A stretch of DNA of 38,920 nt from Phascolarctobacterium sp. (lineage in GTDB: Bacteria > Bacillota > Negativicutes > Acidaminococcales > Acidaminococcaceae), in assembly GCA_020024105.1 (NCBI GenBank), contig JAHHUH010000018.1:1-38920 (forward strand), given 5' to 3'. Position numbers and translations under genes: made by a program. Of the stretch, positions 1 through 6,122 are shown piece by piece. The notes below the pieces were generated by a model. It made no database searches. It was not told the origin of the DNA and was given only the letters and a program-made list of their open reading frames with translations. Every line of letters begins with the position of its first letter. Position 1 is the stretch's first letter.

Positions 1-8
1 GAGAATAA

Positions 9-60
9 CTCATGATAGCATGAGAATATCTTGATACAAGTTGACAGGATATGCTATAAT
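9..60 (+). promoter_or_regulatory. Promoter with palindromic operator (C-box-like) for the controller/RM operon: perfect inverted repeat CTCATG-ATAG-CATGAG (9-24), -35 TTGATA (31-36), 18-bp spacer, extended -10 TGCTATAAT (52-60)
   Basis: Hexamers and palindrome read directly. The position immediately upstream of a small HTH gene that is translationally coupled to a DNA methyltransferase matches known C-protein autoregulatory architecture. The whole segment is duplicated exactly at 5433-5484. Confidence 0.55.
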
Positions 61-92
61 AATAGAAAATTAGTAGCGAATGGAGAGTTTCA

Positions 93-296
93 ATGCCAGT
101 CAGTTATGATAAGCTCTGGAAAATGTTGATAGACAAAAAGATGAATCGTACAGAGCTAAAGGATCTTGCAGGAATCAGCTTTAATGTCCTCGCCAAAATG
201 GGCAGAGGAGAATTCGTTTCTATGGAAAGCCTGTATAAAATTTGTGTTGCAATGAACTGCGAGATTGATGACATTATGGAGTTTATTAAAGTATGA
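93..296 (+). CDS. Small HTH (XRE / Cro-C1 type) DNA-binding protein, putative restriction-modification controller (C) protein
   Basis: 67 aa. GGAG RBS 7 nt upstream. Its stop overlaps the start of the downstream methyltransferase (ATGA coupling). A paralog sits at 5517-5735. Confidence 0.7.
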   Translation: MPVSYDKLWKMLIDKKMNRTELKDLAGISFNVLAKMGRGEFVSMESLYKICVAMNCEIDDIMEFIKV

Positions 297-1780
297 AAAT
301 AATTGACCATGCTGTTCAAATCACAAATGAATATATCGATCAGATGCCCAAAAAGCTTCGCAAGAAGTATGGTCAGTTCTTCACCAGTAAGGAAACGGCT
401 GTGTTTATGGCACAGTTGCTGAATATTCCTGAAGAGAAAGAAGAAATCTCCATTCTTGATCCTGGAGCTGGATCCGGAATTTTATCTGTGGCGCTGATTG
501 ATAGACTTCAAGGAATGACTAAGCTGAAACGGATTCGTTTGGTTTGCTATGAAAATGATCCGAATGTTTTGGATTTGTTAAAAGCAAATTTGAATTGGGC
601 TTGCCAAAGTTCATCTATTGAAATTGTATATCAGATTATTTCAGACAACTATATCTTAAGTCAGATGGAAGATTACAACTCTATGTTTGGAGCCAATCTC
701 GTCCCAAACAAATATGATTTTGTAATTGGTAATCCTCCCTATATGAAGATTCCCAAAGATGCTCCAGAAGCGTTAGCTATGCCTGATGTCTGTTATGGGG
801 CGCCCAATCTCTATTTTCTGTTTGCAGCTATGAGTCTCTTCAATTTGAATGAAAATGGGGAAATGGTTTATATCATTCCTCGATCCTGGACTTCTGGTGC
901 TTATTTTAGAAGGTTCAGAGAAAAGTTTTTAACAGAAGGGGCACTGGAGTACATTCATTTGTTCGTAAGCCGTGATAAGGTTTTTGAAAAGGAAAGCGTT
1001 CTGCAGGAAACAATTATCATTAAAGTCAAGAAAACACGAAAAAAGCCGGAAAAAATTATCGTAACTTCGACAAAGAGCAATGCCGACTTTTCTGACATTA
1101 CCAAATTTGAAGCGCCTTATTCTACCGTTGTGAGTGGTGATGCGCTTTATGTGTACTTGGTTACTGGACCAGAGGAAGTAGAGACATTAAATTGCCTTAA
1201 TCAGTGGAAAGACACGCTGCCAAATTTGGGAATGAAGATGAAAACCGGATTGACAGTGGATTTCCGAAACAGAGATGTGCTTCGGGATGAAGCTGAAGAA
1301 AAGGCGGTTCCCCTCTTTTATGCGCAGCATATTAAAGATGGAAAGGTGAACTTCCCGGTCGGAAAAGAACATGAATATATTGTCACAGATCAAAAGGGCC
1401 TTCTTCAAAAAAATGTGAACTACCTATTTGTGAAGCGCTTTACAGCCAAGGAAGAACACCGCCGATTGCAGTGTGGTGTATATCTGGCTCGAAAGAACCC
1501 TGAATATACCGAGATTAGCACACAAAATAAATTGAATTTTATTTGCGGGCTGCAGGATTTGTCGGAGTGCGTTGTTTATGGCCTGTATGTCCTTTTTAAT
1601 TCCACCCTATATGACGGATATTATCGTATTTTGAATGGATCGACACAGGTAAACTCTACTGAGGTGAATTCTATGCCGGTTCCTCCTTTAAATATTATTG
1701 AATCAATGGGTAAAAAACTAATTCAAAGTAAAGATATGTCTGAAAAGATGTGTGACAAAATCTTAAGGAGCTTCGTATGA
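293..1780 (+). CDS. N6-adenine DNA methyltransferase, gamma-class (Eco57I / M.PstI-BsuBI-like type II modification methylase)
   Basis: Motif order X (FFTSKETAVFMAQLL), I (ILDPGAGSGILSVAL), IV (GNPPYMKIP). Start overlaps the C gene and the stop overlaps the next ORF. Confidence 0.9.
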   Translation: MKIIDHAVQITNEYIDQMPKKLRKKYGQFFTSKETAVFMAQLLNIPEEKEEISILDPGAGSGILSVALIDRLQGMTKLKRIRLVCYENDPNVLDLLKANLNWACQSSSIEIVYQIISDNYILSQMEDYNSMFGANLVPNKYDFVIGNPPYMKIPKDAPEALAMPDVCYGAPNLYFLFAAMSLFNLNENGEMVYIIPRSWTSGAYFRRFREKFLTEGALEYIHLFVSRDKVFEKESVLQETIIIKVKKTRKKPEKIIVTSTKSNADFSDITKFEAPYSTVVSGDALYVYLVTGPEEVETLNCLNQWKDTLPNLGMKMKTGLTVDFRNRDVLRDEAEEKAVPLFYAQHIKDGKVNFPVGKEHEYIVTDQKGLLQKNVNYLFVKRFTAKEEHRRLQCGVYLARKNPEYTEISTQNKLNFICGLQDLSECVVYGLYVLFNSTLYDGYYRILNGSTQVNSTEVNSMPVPPLNIIESMGKKLIQSKDMSEKMCDKILRSFV

Positions 1781-2697
1781 GTAAATTAGACCAGGCAAGA
1801 GAAATCTTGGCATCATTAGAAGTACCCCTAAAGCAGCAAAATGATATGTGCTGCTATGTTTTATTGGCAATATCCAATATTACTGAAGAGGATGAATGGC
1901 AATCAGCAACAAATAATTGGATTCGAATCCATGATGTTATTCAATTCACTGGAGAAAATTTTGGTGTTGCTTATGCTGAAAACAGCAGGGAAACTATTCG
2001 AAAGCAAGCTTTGCACCATTTCAGAAATGCTGCGTTCATTGAAGATAACGGCAAAGCGACAAATAGCCCCAATTATCGTTACCGCCTAACCGAGGAAATG
2101 CTATCATTGATCCAGAGCTATGGAACTCCGGCATGGGAAGGAAAACTGCATAATTTCTTGGAAGGCCATGACACGCTAATTGATTTATATGCATCCAAAA
2201 AGGAAATGAGGAAAATGCCTGTAAAAATCAATGGCGAAGATTTTACTTTTTCTCCTGGCAAGCATAATCAGCTGCAGAAAGCAATTATTGAGGAGTTTGC
2301 TTCCAGATTTGCCCCTAATTCAGAGTGCTTGTACGTTGGTGATACCATCGAAAAGGACTTGGTCAAGCATGATACAAAGCTTCGTGAATTAGGATTTGAA
2401 ATTACCCTGCATGATAAGATGCCCGATGTTGTTCTGTATGCTGAAGATAAAAACTGGATTTATTTTGTTGAGTCGGTAACTTCCGTAGGTGCAATGGAAC
2501 CTCATCGTGTCCAGGAAATCGAGGAAATGACTAAGAATGTGACAGCAGGCAAAATCTATGTTACAGCATTCCTCGATTTTAAGACTTTCAAAAAGTTTTC
2601 TGAGAACCTGGCGTGGGAAACGGAAGTTTGGATTGCCGATATGCCGGATCATATGATCCATTTGAATGGCGATAAGTTCTTGGGGCCGAGGAGATAA
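1777..2697 (+). CDS. Putative type II restriction endonuclease cognate to the upstream methyltransferase (BsuBI/PstI-like family suspected from size and context)
   Basis: 306 aa, translationally coupled to the MTase. The C-M-R gene order is typical. I could not verify a catalytic motif by eye, so the family call is from memory of PstI/BsuBI operon layout. Confidence 0.5.
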   Translation: MSKLDQAREILASLEVPLKQQNDMCCYVLLAISNITEEDEWQSATNNWIRIHDVIQFTGENFGVAYAENSRETIRKQALHHFRNAAFIEDNGKATNSPNYRYRLTEEMLSLIQSYGTPAWEGKLHNFLEGHDTLIDLYASKKEMRKMPVKINGEDFTFSPGKHNQLQKAIIEEFASRFAPNSECLYVGDTIEKDLVKHDTKLRELGFEITLHDKMPDVVLYAEDKNWIYFVESVTSVGAMEPHRVQEIEEMTKNVTAGKIYVTAFLDFKTFKKFSENLAWETEVWIADMPDHMIHLNGDKFLGPRR

Positions 2698-2718
2698 GAA
2701 AAGTTTGAGGAGTAGAAA

Positions 2719-3582
2719 ATGGTTGTAAAACAGCTGTCACAGCCACAATTAAAATCTTTGTGTGATGTATTGGCAAACTCCGATCCGAACTTAGGGTTAA
2801 CAGAGAGCGAAATTAGGCTAAAGTTAGGGCAATGCTTCATTCACAGTGTAGATAAAGGTGGGTACCGTAATGAGTTCGGGTATATACCTGGATTAAATAA
2901 AAGGGACTGGCTATATAATTGCTTCGCTAACGAGATCAATACAACCAAAAGTTTCAAAAAGATTTTTGATTTTATAGAGAATGCTTTAGATCCTGCCTGT
3001 TATACTTCTGATGGGAAGCGTGCTAAATATAAATATCTTTTTGATGAGAGTAACAAGATATTGTTACTTGTTGGTCTTGAGATACAGGCAAATGGAAAAA
3101 TACATCAAGTGATACAAGCTCAAACCTTAGATGAAGTTGATCAGAGAGTTAAATCACTGGAGCAAAAACTAACCGATCGTAAAATACATGAGGAAGTAAA
3201 AAAATACTGTATCCGTGATTATCTGAGAAAGGATTATCACGATGCAGTATTCGAAGCTGCAAAAGGCGTTGCTCAACGTGTACGAAATATTACAGGCCTC
3301 GAAGAAGATGGTGGTAAATTGTTTCAAAAGGCCTTTTCTCAAAAGGACCCCTATCTTTACTTTAACCTATTGAAGACAGAAAGCGAGATTAGTGAGTTCA
3401 AAGGAGTTGAGAAATTATTGGAAGCCATTTTTAATTTGGTCAGAAATCCTGAAGCACACACTCCTAAGATAAGTTGGACCATTGATGAAGAAGCAGCGTT
3501 AGATGTACTTACTTTAATTTCACTGGCGCATAAATATCTGGATAAATGCAAACCTGTTCCTTATAAAACTCAAAAACCATAG
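2719..3582 (+). CDS. HEPN-motif protein (TIGR02391/Abi-like uncharacterised family suspected)
   Basis: 287 aa, mostly helical-looking. C-terminal R-x4-H motif (RNPEAHTPK) is characteristic of HEPN RNase domains. It lies directly after the RM operon in a low-GC island. Confidence 0.45.
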   Translation: MVVKQLSQPQLKSLCDVLANSDPNLGLTESEIRLKLGQCFIHSVDKGGYRNEFGYIPGLNKRDWLYNCFANEINTTKSFKKIFDFIENALDPACYTSDGKRAKYKYLFDESNKILLLVGLEIQANGKIHQVIQAQTLDEVDQRVKSLEQKLTDRKIHEEVKKYCIRDYLRKDYHDAVFEAAKGVAQRVRNITGLEEDGGKLFQKAFSQKDPYLYFNLLKTESEISEFKGVEKLLEAIFNLVRNPEAHTPKISWTIDEEAALDVLTLISLAHKYLDKCKPVPYKTQKP

Positions 3583-3741
3583 ACCTAAAGTGTAAGGTTT
3601 GTGGTACACCTTGAAAGCTAAGAGGTATGGACTGCCATGAATATTAAAACTACCGATTTAGATGAGAAACTCTATTGATCACTAATACTTATTATGGGTA
3701 CAGGCGTGGTTTGAAAATGTGAGGGGAGGAGTATGGCATAA

Positions 3742-4800
3742 ATGCAAAAGGAAAAACGAAATTCTGTCATGAGTGATGAAGAACGACAGGATTACTGGGA
3801 TACGTTGTGCTCGTTTTCAGGAGAGAATCCTCAAAAAGAAGCAGAAGTATTAGCTACGAAGATTCGGTATCCAAGATTTTTGTATCGCTATCGTTCTGTA
3901 AACAGCAATAACCTGGAAGCATTAAGAACGAATAAACTGTTTTTCTCTCAAGCCAGCAAGTATGATGATCCGTTTGATACATTTTTGCATGTCGATGTTG
4001 ATAAAATTCGCCAGGAGTTTGAAAGTAATTTTAAATCAAACCAAACAATCGCCACGCTGGCAGATGCAATGAAAAGCATGATTGCAACTGTTCCTAATAA
4101 TCTCCCTGTAGAATATATTCAAAAGGTTACAACACCTGAAGGAATAGCAAGTTTGCATGAAAGTGGTTTGACAGATCAATTTTTATCTTACGCATTGACC
4201 TTACGAACAAGAATTCAAGATGAAATCCAGTCCATTTGTTTTTCAGAAAATGGGTTTAATGAAACATTGTGGTTGAAATATGCTAATATGCATAAAGGCT
4301 TCGCACTAATGTATGATTTGAACAATCCAGAAAACTATCACTGCGGAAAAAGCGAAAAATGTAAAAATTGCGGTGTTCACTTATATGGTACCCCTATCTA
4401 TCCTGTATATTATTCTGACGTTCCATATGATGCTACTAATTTTGCAAAGAAGGTTATGGCACAGGAAATGGTAAGAATTCTGGGGATTCCAATGCCGGAA
4501 TTTTTCAACAAAGAGTACGGCCCCATGACATGGGAAAAAGAGCGCAACAGCTTAATAAAAAAAGAATGCCACAGATACGATGAGGAATGGCGAATGATCG
4601 CTAATTGTCAAATGAAGCCACCAGCAATGATTGAATGGGTGCCAGACGGTGTGATTATAGGCCTTAGAACATCCCCAGTGGAGGAAAATTTAATTATTTC
4701 AATGGCATTGCAGGCCGGTATAAAAAATATATACAAATCTAAGATTGACAAAGAAAACCGTTTGAATGCTTTCCCTATATACAGTGCTTCCAATAAATAG
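3742..4800 (+). CDS. DUF2971-like protein (defence-island-associated, unknown function) with Cys-rich insert
   Basis: N-terminal LYRYRSVNSNNLEALRTNKLFFSQASKYDDPFD closely resembles the DUF2971 signature as I recall it. CxxC...CxxC cluster HCGKSEKCKNCGVH. GGGGAGGAG RBS. Confidence 0.5.
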   Translation: MQKEKRNSVMSDEERQDYWDTLCSFSGENPQKEAEVLATKIRYPRFLYRYRSVNSNNLEALRTNKLFFSQASKYDDPFDTFLHVDVDKIRQEFESNFKSNQTIATLADAMKSMIATVPNNLPVEYIQKVTTPEGIASLHESGLTDQFLSYALTLRTRIQDEIQSICFSENGFNETLWLKYANMHKGFALMYDLNNPENYHCGKSEKCKNCGVHLYGTPIYPVYYSDVPYDATNFAKKVMAQEMVRILGIPMPEFFNKEYGPMTWEKERNSLIKKECHRYDEEWRMIANCQMKPPAMIEWVPDGVIIGLRTSPVEENLIISMALQAGIKNIYKSKIDKENRLNAFPIYSASNK

Positions 4801-5102
4801 TCTCCTGCCGGAACAAAACACTGTCTGGAAAATCATCCTTATGTATGCTATAATACATCCAAGCCACCTGTACGGCATCTATTATGCGGGTGATAGATTT
4901 TTGATAGCAAAAATTCGGATAGACCACAGGATAAGTATAATCTGTATAAAACAGAATAACGTCGTATGAAATCCGCTAAACAGAAAAGTTTAGAAAACGA
5001 TTTAACTCGGCGAGTGGGAATAATTTTAAAAGCATAAAAATATTGTTTATTAATGTATTTTCAAGGGTATTGATGCTTTGCAGAGATATATTATATATAA
5101 AG

Positions 5103-5146
5103 AAAAGTCTTACCAATCTTGGGTTGGTAAGACTTTTTGCTTTATT
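5103..5146. terminator. Rho-independent terminator (12-bp perfect stem AAGTCTTACCAA/TTGGTAAGACTT, loop TCTTGGGT, then TTTTGCTTTATT)
   Basis: Read directly. A-run upstream makes it potentially bidirectional. It closes the RM/HEPN/DUF2971 transcription unit. Confidence 0.75.
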
Positions 5147-5424
5147 AGGAATACGTAAAGAATTCAATATTTCCGAACATTATGCAGATAAATTCATTAG
5201 GGCACATACTGATAAGAAGAAAAAGTTTTTGTTGTTAAGGATAAGAAGATAGGGCGTGTCCCACTTCTTGTAGCTATCGTAATAGTGAACTGATATATGG
5301 TCGATTATATGGAATATCTGATTGTCTATGCATGGTATCCTGGAAGCAATGCACGAGAACTGGTAGGGTATGTGAAACATAAAAGAATTCTTATCAAATT
5401 GCTCATAAATCCTTAAAATAAACT

Positions 5425-5552
5425 GAGAATAACTCATGATAGCATGAGAATATCTTGATACAAGTTGACAGGATATGCTATAATAATAGAAAATTAGTAG
5501 CGAATGGAGAGTTTCAATGCCAGTCAGTTATGATAAGCTCTGGAAAATGTTA
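5425..5552 (+). repeat. Direct repeat: 128 bp identical to window 1-128 (operator, promoter, RBS and first 36 nt of the C-protein gene). Similarity at reduced identity (about 80%) continues through the coding region to about 5735.
   Basis: Base-by-base comparison of 1-260 with 5425-5684. Copy 1 starts at the window edge, so the repeat may extend further upstream there. Confidence 0.9.
5433..5484 (+). promoter_or_regulatory. Second copy of the C-box palindrome CTCATGATAGCATGAG, -35 TTGATA and extended -10 TGCTATAAT
   Basis: Identical to 9-60. Confidence 0.55.
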
Positions 5553-5735
5553 ATAGATAAAAAGATGAACCGTACAGAGTTAAAAGATGCTGCAGGAATT
5601 AGTTTTAATGTTCTCGCTAAAATGGGTCGTGATGAGTTTGTTTCCATGGAAAGTCTTCATAAAATCTGCAAGACGTTATCTTGCAATATAGGCGAGATAG
5701 TAGAATTTACGGACGAGGAGCAATCAAGGCAGTAA
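5517..5735 (+). CDS. Paralogous small HTH controller (C) protein
   Basis: 72 aa. The first 12 codons are nucleotide-identical to the 93-296 gene, then diverge (K/R and D/E substitutions, different C-terminus). Followed 48 nt later by a C5-MTase N-terminal remnant. Confidence 0.7.
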   Translation: MPVSYDKLWKMLIDKKMNRTELKDAAGISFNVLAKMGRDEFVSMESLHKICKTLSCNIGEIVEFTDEEQSRQ

Positions 5736-5782
5736 TAGAGATAAATTATTAGTTATTATGAGTATGGAGAGAATTATTTATT

Positions 5783-6041
5783 ATGCAGCAACCATTAACA
5801 TGTGTAGAAATTTGCGCAGGAGCTGGTGGACAGGCTTTGGGATTGGCCATGGCTGGATTCGTCCATGTCGCTTCATATTGTAGTCGTCACCGCTGAGTCT
5901 ATGCCTAATTGTGTGGCATCCTTTGTACTTGGTACAGAAGACATTGATAGTGTCTGCTACTTTGCGCTGTATGAGATGATCGGAGATGTCAAGGAAGTTA
6001 TCTCTGAAGATATAGTTGAAACTTTGGGAACGTTTGTCTAG
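5783..6041 (+). pseudogene. Remnant of a C5-cytosine DNA methyltransferase (motifs I-III only, frameshifted and truncated before the PCQ motif)
   Basis: Frame A 5783-5896: MQQPLTCVEICAGAGGQALGLAMAGF (motif I FxGxGG region), then a stop. Frame B (ORF 5826-6041) continues with ...CYFALYEMIGDVKEV..., resembling the motif II/III region of Dcm-type enzymes (compare M.HhaI EVYEMNFGE..GDITQV). Total is under 90 codons of an expected 350 or more. Confidence 0.65.
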
Positions 6042-6122
6042 GGGAAGTGGCTGAAGGATATTTCGGATTTACCGTTATACCTATCTATATAAACTGTTCA
6101 TAAAAGAAAGAAGTGAAATGTT

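Noticed and set aside
41-60. TTGACA at 41-46 as the -35 element
   Set aside because: Only an 8-bp spacer to TATAAT. TTGATA at 31-36 (18-bp spacer) together with the TGn extended -10 is the plausible promoter.
4766-5437. Small ORFs in the AT-rich spacer (4766-4969, 4976-5167 minus, 5043-5252, 5180-5437 minus)
   Set aside because: Low-complexity translations in AT-rich DNA that overlap a terminator or promoter copy, with no RBS. Likely spurious.
5826-6041. 71-aa ORF called as an independent gene
   Set aside because: Its translation matches the motif II/III region of C5 methyltransferases and continues the frameshifted fragment beginning at 5783. Treated as part of the MTase pseudogene.
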